Shown: piece after piece, positions 41,729 through 53,567 of the stretch
How the letters are laid out: the number at the start of each line of letters is the position of its first letter
Position numbering within the stretch: position 1 is the first letter of the stretch
Source: an uncultured Gemmatimonadales bacterium
GTDB lineage: Bacteria; Gemmatimonadota; Gemmatimonadetes; Longimicrobiales; RSA9
Direction: 5' to 3'
DNA length: 64,000 nt
Assembly: GCA_963816355.1 (NCBI GenBank)
Contig: CAWFKH010000004.1
Coordinates: 128,001 to 192,000, forward strand
Made by a program: the position numbers and the translations under genes
The notes under the pieces: generated by a model
What the model saw: only the letters and a program-made list of their open reading frames with translations
The model's database searches: none
What the model was told of the DNA's origin: nothing

Positions 41729-42858
41729 GGCGGCCGGAGCTGCTCGCGCTGGCCGCGGATCTGGCGCGGCGCGGCGTGCCGTTCGCCATCGCGACGGTGG
41801 TGCGGCGCGAGCCGCCCAGCTCCGCCCGCACCGGCGACAGCGCCCTCATCGCGCGGGACGGCACCTTCCACGGCTGGCTGGGCGGGAGCTGCACGCAGCC
41901 GACGGTGCTGCGCGAGGCCGCCCGCTCGATCGCCGACGGGCGTCCGCGCCTCGTCGCCCTCAGCCCGGAGCCGGACGCCTCGCCGCGTCCCGGCGTCGTC
42001 TCGCTCCCCATGACCTGCCACAGCGGAGGCAGCGTGGACGTCTACATCGAGCCGGTCCTCCCGGCGCCGGCGCTGCTCGTCTTCGGCGCCTCCCCGGTCG
42101 CCCGCGCGCTGGTGCCGATCGCCCGCGTCCTCGACCACGCCGCTTTCGCCGTGGACCCGGACGCCGACGCCGGCGCCTTCCCGCAGGCGGCCCTCGTGGC
42201 GACCGACTACGGCTCCGCCGAGCTCGCCGAACGCCTCGCCGGCCTGGTGCGTCCCGCCGCCGCCGTCGTCGCCACCATCGGCGTGCGCGACGAGGAAGCG
42301 CTCGGCCACGCGCTGCGCATGACCTCCGGCTACGTCGGGCTCGTCGCCAGCCGCCGCCGCTTCGGCGAGATCCGCGAGATCCTCGTCGGGAGCGGCCTCC
42401 CGGAAGAGGACCTCGATCGCGTGAAGTGCCCCGCCGGGCTCGACCTCGGTGCCGTCTCCCCGGCGGAGATCGCGCTCAGCATCATGGCGGAGATCGTCGA
42501 GCGGGAACGGGCGACGACGCCGGAGGAGGGCGCGATGGCCGCGGCGGCGAGCGCGCCTGCCCCCGCCGGGCGCGCGCCGGCGGAGCGCGGCCTGCCGCTC
42601 GCGGGACGGCCGGCCGCGCCGGCCGCTCCGGCCGCGCCTGCGGGCGCCGGCGCCGTGGCGATCGATCCGGTGTGCGGCATGAGCGTCGAGGTCGCGACCG
42701 CGAAGCACCGCGCGGAACACGAGGGCCGCGCCTACGTGTTCTGCTGCGGCGGCTGCCGGGCGCGCTTCGCGGCGGATCCCACGCGCTACCTCGCCGGGGC
42801 GGGCGAGGGAGCGGAAGGCGGGAGCGCTGGCGGCGGCCCGCACGGAGCGCACGGGTGA
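41725..42858 (+). CDS. XdhC/CoxF family protein with C-terminal YHS domain
   Basis: GWLGGSC, MTCHSGG, PAGLDLGA..P.EIALSI, then DPVCGMSV...YVFCCGGC. Confidence 0.85.
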   Translation: MRRPELLALAADLARRGVPFAIATVVRREPPSSARTGDSALIARDGTFHGWLGGSCTQPTVLREAARSIADGRPRLVALSPEPDASPRPGVVSLPMTCHSGGSVDVYIEPVLPAPALLVFGASPVARALVPIARVLDHAAFAVDPDADAGAFPQAALVATDYGSAELAERLAGLVRPAAAVVATIGVRDEEALGHALRMTSGYVGLVASRRRFGEIREILVGSGLPEEDLDRVKCPAGLDLGAVSPAEIALSIMAEIVERERATTPEEGAMAAAASAPAPAGRAPAERGLPLAGRPAAPAAPAAPAGAGAVAIDPVCGMSVEVATAKHRAEHEGRAYVFCCGGCRARFAADPTRYLAGAGEGAEGGSAGGGPHGAHG

Positions 42859-42871
42859 GGAGGGCGGATCG

Positions 42872-43774
42872 GTGAACGCGGAGATCGCGGCGCTGCAGGC
42901 GGAGATGGAGCGGCTCGGCTACATCGCGGAGCCGGAGATCGCCGCGGCGGTGCACCTCGCGCGTCGCATGCGGCGCCCGCTGCTGATCGAGGGCGACGCG
43001 GGGGTCGGGAAGACGGAGCTGGCGAAGGTGCTCGCGGCGCTGCTCGACACGGAGCTGATCCGGCTGCAGTGCTACGAGGGGCTGGACGTCAACACCGCGC
43101 TCTACGAATGGGACTATCCGCGGCAGCTCCTGAAGCTGCGGATGACGGAGCACGCCGGGGGCAACACGGAGGAGCAGGAGCGGGCGATCTTCAGCCGCGA
43201 CCTCCTCCTGGAGCGGCCGCTGCTGCGCGCGATCACGCGCGCCGACGGACCGGCGGTGCTGCTGATCGACGAGATCGACCGCGCCGACGACGGCTTCGAG
43301 GCGTTCCTGCTGGAGATCCTCTCCGACTTCCAGGTCACGATCCCGGAGCTCGGCACGATCACCGCCACGCACCGGCCGTACGTCCTCCTGACGTCGAACC
43401 GCACGAGGGAGATCGGGGACGCGCTCCGCCGCCGCTGCCTCTACCTCTACATCGAGCATCCGACGCTGGAGAAGGAGGTGCGCATCATCCGCAGCCGCGT
43501 GCCGGGCGTCGACGCGGCGCTCGCGGCCCAGGTGGCCACGTTCGTCCAGGGACTGCGCCGGCGCGATCTGATGAAGGTGCCGGGCGCCGCGGAGACGATC
43601 GACTGGGCGGCCGCGCTCGTCGAGCTGCACCGCGACCGCCTCGATGCCGGGACCGTCGCGCTCACGCTCGGCTGCATCCTGAAGGACCGGCGCGACATCG
43701 AGGATCTGGACGACGACGCCGTCGCCGCCCTCCTCGCGCGCTCCGCCGGCGCGGCGGCGGGAGCGGGCGCATGA
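42872..43774 (+). CDS. coxD: MoxR AAA+ ATPase CoxD
   Basis: EGDAGVGKT, RLQCYEGLD, LLIDEIDR, TSNRTRE, DALRRRC. Confidence 0.88.
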   Translation: MNAEIAALQAEMERLGYIAEPEIAAAVHLARRMRRPLLIEGDAGVGKTELAKVLAALLDTELIRLQCYEGLDVNTALYEWDYPRQLLKLRMTEHAGGNTEEQERAIFSRDLLLERPLLRAITRADGPAVLLIDEIDRADDGFEAFLLEILSDFQVTIPELGTITATHRPYVLLTSNRTREIGDALRRRCLYLYIEHPTLEKEVRIIRSRVPGVDAALAAQVATFVQGLRRRDLMKVPGAAETIDWAAALVELHRDRLDAGTVALTLGCILKDRRDIEDLDDDAVAALLARSAGAAAGAGA

Positions 43775-44919
43775 CCCGGCGCGGCGCGGACGGCCGCGAC
43801 CTCGTGGCACACCTCGCGCGCTTCTGCGGCGCGCTCCGCGACGCCGGCGTCTCCGTGAGCCTGGCGGACGAGGTGGTCGCCGCCGAGGCGCTCACGCTCG
43901 TCGACATCGGCGACCGCGCCGAGGTCCGCCGCGCGCTCCTCGCGACGCTGCGCGTCCGGCCCTTCGACCGATCCGCCTTCGACGCGCTTTTCGCCGCGCT
44001 GTGGCGGCGCGGCCCGGCGGAGACCCCGCGGCCGGCGGCCGCGCGTGGACAGCGACGCCAGCGGCGCCCGCGCACGGTGCCCGGCGCGCCGCGCGCCGCC
44101 ACGGCGCCCGCGCCGACGGCGCTGGAGCGCGAGGTCCCGGAGGGCGGACGCGCGCCCGCCTACAGCTCCGCCGCGCTGCTGCGTCGCAAGCCGTTCGAAG
44201 CGTGGACGGAGCGGGACCTCACGCAGCTCGACGCCGTGATGCGCCGCCTCGTGCGCCGGCTCGCAACGCGGCGCAGCCGCCGCCTCGTGCCCGCACGCGG
44301 GCGCGGCGTCGTGGACATGCGGCGCAGCCTGCGGCGGATGCTCGCGACGGGCGGCGAGCCGATCTCGCTGGCGCGCCGCATGCGGCCGGTCGAGCGGCCG
44401 CGGCTCGTGCTCCTGTGCGACACCAGCGGCTCGATGGATCCGCACACGCGGTTCCTGCTCGCGTTCGCGCTGTCGCTGCGGGGGCTGGTGAAGCGGCTCC
44501 ACGTCTTCGCCTTCAACACGGCGCTCACGCGCATCACCCCGTGGTTGTCGCGGCGGGAACTGGGGCGTACCCTACAGCGGCTGGCCACGGGCGTGCCCGA
44601 CTGGTCCGGCGGCACCCGCATCGGCGCGTGCTTGGAGGAGTTCGCCGAGCGTCACCTGCCGTGGATCGTCGACGCGGACACGGTCGTGGTCGTCCTCAGC
44701 GACGGCCTCGATCGCGGCGATCCGGAGCGGCTGGCGCGCGCCGTCGCGCGCATACGGCGCGCCGCCCGCACCCTGATCTGGCTCAATCCGCTGATGGGCG
44801 ATCCGCGCTACGCGCCCACGGCGCGCGGCATGGCAGCCGCCCTGCCGCACCTGGACCGGCTGGCGCCCGCGCACGACCTGGTGTCGCTGGAGCGATTGAT
44901 CCCCCTGCTCACGGCGTAG
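43771..44919 (+). CDS. coxE: VWA-domain protein CoxE
   Basis: DTSGSM, WSGGTRIG, VLSDG.DRG, WLNPL. Confidence 0.88.
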   Translation: MTRRGADGRDLVAHLARFCGALRDAGVSVSLADEVVAAEALTLVDIGDRAEVRRALLATLRVRPFDRSAFDALFAALWRRGPAETPRPAAARGQRRQRRPRTVPGAPRAATAPAPTALEREVPEGGRAPAYSSAALLRRKPFEAWTERDLTQLDAVMRRLVRRLATRRSRRLVPARGRGVVDMRRSLRRMLATGGEPISLARRMRPVERPRLVLLCDTSGSMDPHTRFLLAFALSLRGLVKRLHVFAFNTALTRITPWLSRRELGRTLQRLATGVPDWSGGTRIGACLEEFAERHLPWIVDADTVVVVLSDGLDRGDPERLARAVARIRRAARTLIWLNPLMGDPRYAPTARGMAAALPHLDRLAPAHDLVSLERLIPLLTA

Positions 44920-44923
44920 ACCC

Positions 44924-45793
44924 ATGGCGATCCGTATCGAGAAGCAGTTCACCGTCGAGGCCGCGCCCGACGCGGTGTGGGCGTTCCTCACCGACCCGGA
45001 GCGCGTGGCGAAGTGCCTTCCGGGCGCCTCGGTCACCGAGCGGATCGACGACCACACCTGGGGCGGCCGCATGGCCCTCAAGGTCGGGCCGGTCTCGACC
45101 GCGTACAAAGGCCGCCTCACCTTCGAGCGCCTCGATCCCGACGCCCGCACCGCGGAGCTCCGCGCCACGGGCCAGGACGTCCAGGGACGCGGCGGCGCCG
45201 ACATGACGATGACCAGCAGCCTCGAGCCCGCGGGCGACGGCACGGCCATCACCATCGTCTCCGACGTGAACGTCACCGGCATCCTCGCCCAGTTCGGTCG
45301 CGGTATGATCCAGGACGTTAGCGACCAGCTCTTCGGCACGTTCGTGACCCGCGCGCGCGAACAGCTCTCGAGCGGCGGCGCGGCGACCGGCGCGGGCGGA
45401 GAAGCCGGCGGTGCGGGCGGCGGCCCGGGGTCCGGCAGCGGCGCGGAGTCCGGCGGCCGCCCGGGGTCCGGCGGCGGCGCGGAGTCCGGCGGCGGCCCGG
45501 GGTCCGGCGGCGGCCCGGGCTCCGGCGGCCGGGCGGGGGCGTCCGGCGGGGCGGGGGCGTCCGGCGGGACGGCGTCCGCGGCGAACGGAGCCGCGGCGGC
45601 GACTTCGGCGGGGCGGCCCGCCGCTGGGGGGGCGGCGAGCGCGAGCGTGGCGGATGACGACGCGGCGCTCGATGTGGTCGCGCTCGGACGTGGGGTGGCG
45701 GGGCGCATGGTGGGACGGATGGTGCGGCGGCCCGGCTTCTGGGTGGGCGTCGCGATCGTGGTGCTCCTTCTGTTCTGGCTGTTCGGCGGCTAG
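44924..45793 (+). CDS. coxG: SRPBCC/CoxG protein with Gly-rich linker and C-terminal TM anchor
   Basis: VWAFL.DP.RVA.CLPGA, KVGP, G.LAQFGRG; terminal hydrophobic helix. Confidence 0.85.
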   Translation: MAIRIEKQFTVEAAPDAVWAFLTDPERVAKCLPGASVTERIDDHTWGGRMALKVGPVSTAYKGRLTFERLDPDARTAELRATGQDVQGRGGADMTMTSSLEPAGDGTAITIVSDVNVTGILAQFGRGMIQDVSDQLFGTFVTRAREQLSSGGAATGAGGEAGGAGGGPGSGSGAESGGRPGSGGGAESGGGPGSGGGPGSGGRAGASGGAGASGGTASAANGAAAATSAGRPAAGGAASASVADDDAALDVVALGRGVAGRMVGRMVRRPGFWVGVAIVVLLLFWLFGG

Positions 45794-45862
45794 CACCGAT
45801 CATCTGGCGGGCGGCGGAACGAGGAAGGTCGACAGGCGAGACACATCACCGACGGAGGTGTC

Positions 45863-46732
45863 ATGATCCCGGCAGCGTTCGACTACCACGCTCCCGGCTC
45901 GCTCGAGGAGGCGATCCGCCTTCTCGGCGAGCACGGCGACGAGGCGAAGGTGTTGTCCGGCGGCCAGAGTCTCTTGCCGCTGCTGAAGCTGCGGCTCGGC
46001 TGGGCGCCGCACGTGGTCGACATCGGCAGGATCGACGGGCTCGAGTACGTGCGGGAGGAAGGCGGCGAGCTGCGCATCGGCGGCGCCACGCGGGAGGTGG
46101 CGCTCGAGCGCTCCGACGTGGTTCGTGAGCGATATCCGCTGCTCCACGACGCGACGCTGGTGATCGCCGACCCCATCGTGCGCAACCGGGCAACGGTGGG
46201 CGGCAACCTCGCCCACGGTGATCCCGCCAACGACCATCCCGCCGTCATGCTCGCGCTCGGGGCGACGGTCGTGGCGCGGGGGCCGAGCGGCGAGCGCACG
46301 ATCGCGATCGACGACTTCTTCCAGGGCCTCTTCCAGACCGCACTCGCGCCGGACGAGATCCTGACGGAGATCCGGATCCCGGCGCCGCCCGCCGGCTCCG
46401 GCGGCGCGTACGAGAAGCTCGAGCGCAAGGTCGGCGACTACGCGACCGCGGCCGTCGCGGTGCAGCTCACGCTCTCGGGCGGCGCGATCTCGCGCGCCGG
46501 CGTCGCATTGACGAACGCGGGCCCGCGCCCGATCCGCGTGACGGAAGCGGAATCGTACCTGAGGGGGAAGGCGCCGGGCGAGGCCGTGTTCGCGGAGGCG
46601 GCGAAGCGGGCGGGGGCCGCGGCGTCGCCACGCGAGGACTGGCGAGGCTCGGTCGAATACAAGAAGGAGATGGCGCGGGTGCTCACGATGCGGGCGCTCG
46701 CGACGGCGGCTCGACGCGCGGGAGGGGAGTGA
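45863..46732 (+). CDS. coxM: CO dehydrogenase medium (FAD) subunit
   Basis: [34 protein letters not shown]. Confidence 0.9.
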   Translation: MIPAAFDYHAPGSLEEAIRLLGEHGDEAKVLSGGQSLLPLLKLRLGWAPHVVDIGRIDGLEYVREEGGELRIGGATREVALERSDVVRERYPLLHDATLVIADPIVRNRATVGGNLAHGDPANDHPAVMLALGATVVARGPSGERTIAIDDFFQGLFQTALAPDEILTEIRIPAPPAGSGGAYEKLERKVGDYATAAVAVQLTLSGGAISRAGVALTNAGPRPIRVTEAESYLRGKAPGEAVFAEAAKRAGAAASPREDWRGSVEYKKEMARVLTMRALATAARRAGGE

Positions 46733-46733
46733 G

Positions 46734-47204
46734 ATGGCCACGCACACGATTCACGTGAAGGTGAACGGCACCGATCACGAGGCGACGGTCGAGTCGCGCC
46801 TGCTCCTGGTGCACCTGCTGCGCGAGGATCTGCGGCTGACCGGCACGCACATCGGCTGCGACACGACGCACTGCGGCGCGTGCACGGTGCTGCTGGACGG
46901 CGAGCCGGTGAAGTCATGCACGGTGCTCGCCGTGCAGGCGGACGGGCGGGAGATCCGGACGGTCGAGGGGCTCGCCGAGAACGGGAAGCTGCATCCGATC
47001 CAGGAAGGCTTCCACCAGGAGCACGGGCTGCAGTGCGGCTACTGCACGCCGGGCATGATGATGACCAGCTACGCGCTGCTGCAGCGAAACCGCGACCCGA
47101 GCGAGGCGGAGATCCGGCGGGCGATCTCCGGCAACCTCTGCCGCTGCACCGGCTACGTGAACATCGTCAAGGCGGTGCAGCACGCGGCCGCCCACCTCGA
47201 GTAG
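46734..47204 (+). CDS. coxS: CO dehydrogenase small (2Fe-2S) subunit
   Basis: [27 protein letters not shown]. Confidence 0.93.
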   Translation: MATHTIHVKVNGTDHEATVESRLLLVHLLREDLRLTGTHIGCDTTHCGACTVLLDGEPVKSCTVLAVQADGREIRTVEGLAENGKLHPIQEGFHQEHGLQCGYCTPGMMMTSYALLQRNRDPSEAEIRRAISGNLCRCTGYVNIVKAVQHAAAHLE

Positions 47205-47212
47205 GAGGAACC

Positions 47213-49579
<2,367 letters not shown>

Positions 49580-49585
49580 CGGCGC

Positions 49586-49879
49586 TCAGGAGACGTCCAG
49601 TTCGACGCCTCCCACGAGCTGAGCGACCAGGTTGTACAGCGCTGCGCCGACGAGCGCGGCGCAGAAGGTGATCCCGCCGTAGAGGAGGGGGAAGACGAGG
49701 ATGGCGGCGCCGCTGAAGAGCGCGCGGTCCCACAGGCCGCCCGCGCCGCCACCCTCGATCCACGGAGCGCCGCCATGGGCGAGCAGCGTCAGCATCGCGC
49801 CGATCACGAGCCCGACGATTCCGTAGCAGATGCCGGCGATGCGCGCGACCGACAGGGGGTAGATGCGGCGGATGATCAT
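49586..49879 (-). CDS. Small hypothetical membrane protein (DUF3566-like)
   Basis: IRRI.PLSVARI...; FPLLYG...GAALYN......GG.E; GGAGG RBS. Confidence 0.65.
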   Translation of the reverse strand: MIIRRIYPLSVARIAGICYGIVGLVIGAMLTLLAHGGAPWIEGGGAGGLWDRALFSGAAILVFPLLYGGITFCAALVGAALYNLVAQLVGGVELDVS

Positions 49880-49975
49880 CGACTCCTCCTCCGTCGAGGT
49901 TCCGTCACGGCGTCCTGCATCCGGGTGCCGGGCAGGGCCGCCCCCAAGTTCCCCGCGCGCAGCCGCCGCCGCAAG

Positions 49976-51499
49976 TCATCGGGCGCGGCGCCAGATGTCG
50001 AGGACGCCCTCCTTGCGGTGGCGGTTGGCGTTGCCCTCCGGCAGCGCGATGCGGCCGTCGACGACGATCGGGCTGTTCCAGTGGCCGTCGCCGCATTCGA
50101 GAACCGCGAGCCGCCGCCCCGAGACGGGGTCGTAGACGCGCAGCCCGCCGCGCGGATCGTAGACGTAGAGCAGGCCGCCGGCGAGGATCGGGCTGGTGCC
50201 CGCCTCGTGATTGCTCCAGCGCTGCTGCAGGCGGCCTCCGCCGAGCTCCCAGGCGGCCGTTCCGCCGTTGTCGGCGAGGAAGATCCAGGTGGCGGAGGCG
50301 GTGTGGAGGACCGCCGGCGCGGTGAAGAGCCGGTCCCGCGACGGCGTCGGCACGATCTGCGCTTCCCCGCCCCGGTGCGGCGCGCCGCGGCGGAAGCGGC
50401 TCCAGTCCAGGATGCGGAAGACGGCGTCCTTGCCGCCCTGTCCCACCACGCCGCCGCCCGGCAGGACCGGCGCGGTCGAGCCGAGGTCCACATCGCGGGC
50501 ATCGAGCGACTCGGTGTTCTGCGGCGTGTAGTCGCCGAGCAGGCGGGTGGCGTCCGCGTCTAGCTCGAGGACCGCGTCGCCCCAGTCATTCCTGCCGTCC
50601 CAGTGGCCGTCGCCCGTCGCGACGAAGATGTGGCCGTCCGTGGTGTCGATCACCGCGCCGGCACGCCCCCAGATCGCGGCGCCGCTCTCGCGGCAGGTGG
50701 AGGGATCGAGCAGACCTGAGCGGTCGCTGCACAGGGCGTTGAACCCGTGCAGCAGGCGGCCGCTCACCGCGTCCAGGACGGCGACGTGGCCCTGATAGGG
50801 CGGGCGGTCGCCGATGTAGCCGCCGGTCGTGGCCACGATCCGGCCCCGGAAGTAGTTCAGCGACGCGGCGATCTTCTCGCGCTCCGGGAGACGGGTGATC
50901 GCCGTGGTCCACACGACGCGGCCGTCGGCGACGGCGAGCTTTCGGATCGCGCCATCAGGGGCGGCGGCGTAGACGGACCGGCGGTCCGGGTCGGCCACCG
51001 GCGTCGCGTTGGTGATGCGGTACGAGCCGGCCCAGTCGTCGTAGCCGGGCGGCACGAAGCGCCAGAGGATGGTGCCGTCGTCGGCGTCGATCGCGAGCGT
51101 CCTTCCGTACGTCGTGGTGACGAAGAAGACGTCGCGCAGCGCGCCGTGGACGCGGACCGCGTGGAGGTAGATCGGCGAGGCGTCGACGGTGCCGTCGATC
51201 CGCACCTGCTGCCGGCGCAGCGAGCCGAGGTCCGCCGCCGCGATCCCGGCGGGAGCCGGCGATGCGTTCGAGCGCGCGGCGTCGTAGCCGAAGCGCGGCC
51301 AGTCGTGGCTTCCGGGCTCCTGCGCGGCGGCAGCGCCCGGCGCGGCGGCGCTCGGCACGGCGCTGGCGACGAAGGCGAGCAACGCGGCGGTTCGCAGCAG
51401 GCCGGCGAGGGGCGCGCCGCGGGCGGTGCGGCGGGCCGGGCCGGGGGCCGGCGCGAGAGAGCGGGCGCGCCGCGTCGCCCGGCCGGAGCGGTTCAGCAT
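49976..51499 (-). CDS. PQQ-binding-like beta-propeller secreted protein
   Basis: DWPRFG.D..RS, DGTILW, GAAIWG, D.DLGST.P, WNSPIV. Confidence 0.8.
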   Translation of the reverse strand: MLNRSGRATRRARSLAPAPGPARRTARGAPLAGLLRTAALLAFVASAVPSAAAPGAAAAQEPGSHDWPRFGYDAARSNASPAPAGIAAADLGSLRRQQVRIDGTVDASPIYLHAVRVHGALRDVFFVTTTYGRTLAIDADDGTILWRFVPPGYDDWAGSYRITNATPVADPDRRSVYAAAPDGAIRKLAVADGRVVWTTAITRLPEREKIAASLNYFRGRIVATTGGYIGDRPPYQGHVAVLDAVSGRLLHGFNALCSDRSGLLDPSTCRESGAAIWGRAGAVIDTTDGHIFVATGDGHWDGRNDWGDAVLELDADATRLLGDYTPQNTESLDARDVDLGSTAPVLPGGGVVGQGGKDAVFRILDWSRFRRGAPHRGGEAQIVPTPSRDRLFTAPAVLHTASATWIFLADNGGTAAWELGGGRLQQRWSNHEAGTSPILAGGLLYVYDPRGGLRVYDPVSGRRLAVLECGDGHWNSPIVVDGRIALPEGNANRHRKEGVLDIWRRAR

Positions 51500-51571
51500 G
51501 GCGTCCTCCGTGGCACTTCCCTACTCTTGGCGTCGTTCGAGAACACGCGACCCCCAGCAGCGGAGCAGGAG

Positions 51572-51970
51572 ATGCCGAGCCCGGACCTCGAGGCGCGCGT
51601 GAAGGAGATCGTCGACGCGTTCAACGGCCGCGATTTCGAGCGGGCGGCGACCCACTTCCACGGCGAGCTGGTGGTCGAGTTCCCGCAATCCGGGGAGCGC
51701 ATCACCGGGCGGAAGAACCTGCTCGGCATGGCGGCGGGGTTCTCGGCGCCGACGTTCCGGATCTGGCGCATGTGCAGCGCGGGCCCCCTGGTTACGGCGG
51801 AGACGGTCGCCGACTACCCGGACGGCGGCCGCTTCCTGGGCGTTTCGATCTTCGAATTCTCGGACGGCCGGGTCGCCCGCGAGATCGACTACTTCACGGA
51901 GTCGTTCCCCCCGGCCGAGTCGCGCGCGAAGTTCGTCACGGTCCACGACATCCCGGCCGAAGGCGGGTGA
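51572..51970 (+). CDS. SnoaL/NTF2-like protein
   Basis: EFPQSGERI.G, VSIFEF.DG.V.RE.DYF..F; AGGAG RBS. Confidence 0.82.
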   Translation: MPSPDLEARVKEIVDAFNGRDFERAATHFHGELVVEFPQSGERITGRKNLLGMAAGFSAPTFRIWRMCSAGPLVTAETVADYPDGGRFLGVSIFEFSDGRVAREIDYFTESFPPAESRAKFVTVHDIPAEGG

Positions 51971-52034
51971 GCGGTCCGCGCCGGCGGTGGCGCCGCGCCG
52001 GCCGGGACGCCGGCGCGGCGGCCCGCCGCGCACT

Positions 52035-52739
52035 CTACTTCTTGGATACGGAGAGCCCGCTCACCAGCCCTTCGGTGTTGTGGGCGAAGCGGATGCCGTA
52101 GACGCCGTCGGTCGAGCTCAGGCGCCCCTGCCGCACCAGGTCCGCCTTGTCGTAGCTGCCCACGACGGTGCCGTTGATCGCGCACTCGACCTTGTCACCC
52201 TTCACCGACACCGCGATCTCCTGCGTCACCGGCTGACCCTGTCCCGCCGCCTTGTGCACGGCCGCGTTCGGCTCGCCGCGGCGGCCGTTCACCTGGAACG
52301 GCGCGGGTCCGAAGCCACGAACGATGAAGGTTCCGTTGCCGTACGCCGCACAGTAGAGGTAGCTCTGCTTCGCGGTGCCCATGTCGTTGCCGGCGACGAC
52401 GATGCCGTACGGGTGCGGGTGGTTGTTCAGGTTCATGTACTTCGGCTCGGTGAACGTCGCCTTCACGGTGTAGTCGCCGCTCGCGCGGTTCGCGGGGTTC
52501 CAGTAGGTCACCGCGGGCCCAGTGGTCACGTGCAGCGCGTCGCCGTCCTTCGCGAGCTTCGCGTCCGCCAGCGACTGCCCCGCCCGCGCGGCGCCGGCGT
52601 CGACGGCGCCTTTCCAACCCGCCACGGCGATGCCGCCGCCGGCGACGCTGCGATTGGTCTCCTGCGCGTGCGCGGAGCCGGCGACAAGCAGCGCGAGCGT
52701 CGCGAGGCTCGCCGCCGTGAAGCGATGGGTTCGAATCAT
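52035..52739 (-). CDS. Hypothetical secreted protein
   Basis: Signal peptide ending AHA/Q; HVTTGPA, HPHPYG, DG.YGIR; strong coding bias. Confidence 0.75.
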   Translation of the reverse strand: MIRTHRFTAASLATLALLVAGSAHAQETNRSVAGGGIAVAGWKGAVDAGAARAGQSLADAKLAKDGDALHVTTGPAVTYWNPANRASGDYTVKATFTEPKYMNLNNHPHPYGIVVAGNDMGTAKQSYLYCAAYGNGTFIVRGFGPAPFQVNGRRGEPNAAVHKAAGQGQPVTQEIAVSVKGDKVECAINGTVVGSYDKADLVRQGRLSSTDGVYGIRFAHNTEGLVSGLSVSKK

Positions 52740-52825
52740 CGTACGATCTCCTCTGAATGGTGAGATGCGTCCCGTTCCCGGGACGGGTCAACGTCGAATT
52801 CCGCGCTCGGTGCGAGGCCGGGCAC

Positions 52826-53518
52826 CTACACCACGGCGCCAAACAAGCGCCCGACCAGCGCCGTAGCCACCATGGCGAGCGCGCCCCAGAAACAGACACG
52901 CCACACGGCCCTGCCGACCGGCGCGCCGCCCGCGCGCGCCGACACCACGCCGAGCACCGCGAGGCACAGCAGCGACGCGGCCGCGACCACGATCACGATG
53001 CGCGCAGGCGGCGCGATGGCCGCGACGGCCAGCGGTACGCTCGCGCCGAGGGCGAAGCTCGCCGCGGATGCGAGCGCCGCCTGGACCGGCCGCGCCGCGA
53101 GCGTCTCGCTCAGGCCGAGCTCGTCGCGCAGGTGCGCGCCGAGGGCGCCCCGCGCCGTCATCTGCTCGGCCACCTGCCGGGCCAGATCCGTGGTGAGGCC
53201 GCGTCCCTCGTAGATCCCCTGCAACTCGGCCAGCTCCGCCTCCGGCGCCTCCGCCAGCTCCCGCCGCTCGCGCGCGGCGTCGGCGCGCTCGGTGTCCGCC
53301 TGGGAGCTGACCGAGACGTACTCGCCGGCCGCCATCGACATCGCGCCCGCCACGAGCCCGGCGACGCCGGCCACGAGCACGGTCGAGCGGACGGGCTCCG
53401 CGGCCGCGACGCCGACGAGCAGGCTCGCCGTCGACACGATGCCGTCGTTGGCGCCGAGCACGGCCGCCCGCAGCCAGCCTATGCGCTCGGTGCGATGCCG
53501 CTCCGGGTGCGAGCTCAC
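52826..53518 (-). CDS. VIT1/CCC1 family iron/manganese transporter
   Basis: WLRAAVLGANDGIVS, SMAAGEYVSVSSQ.D.E, H.RDELG. Confidence 0.92.
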   Translation of the reverse strand: MSSHPERHRTERIGWLRAAVLGANDGIVSTASLLVGVAAAEPVRSTVLVAGVAGLVAGAMSMAAGEYVSVSSQADTERADAARERRELAEAPEAELAELQGIYEGRGLTTDLARQVAEQMTARGALGAHLRDELGLSETLAARPVQAALASAASFALGASVPLAVAAIAPPARIVIVVAAASLLCLAVLGVVSARAGGAPVGRAVWRVCFWGALAMVATALVGRLFGAVV

Positions 53519-53567
53519 GTCGATCTCCGATCCGGGCCGCGCCCGGTGTGGGGCCGCTCGCGCCGCG

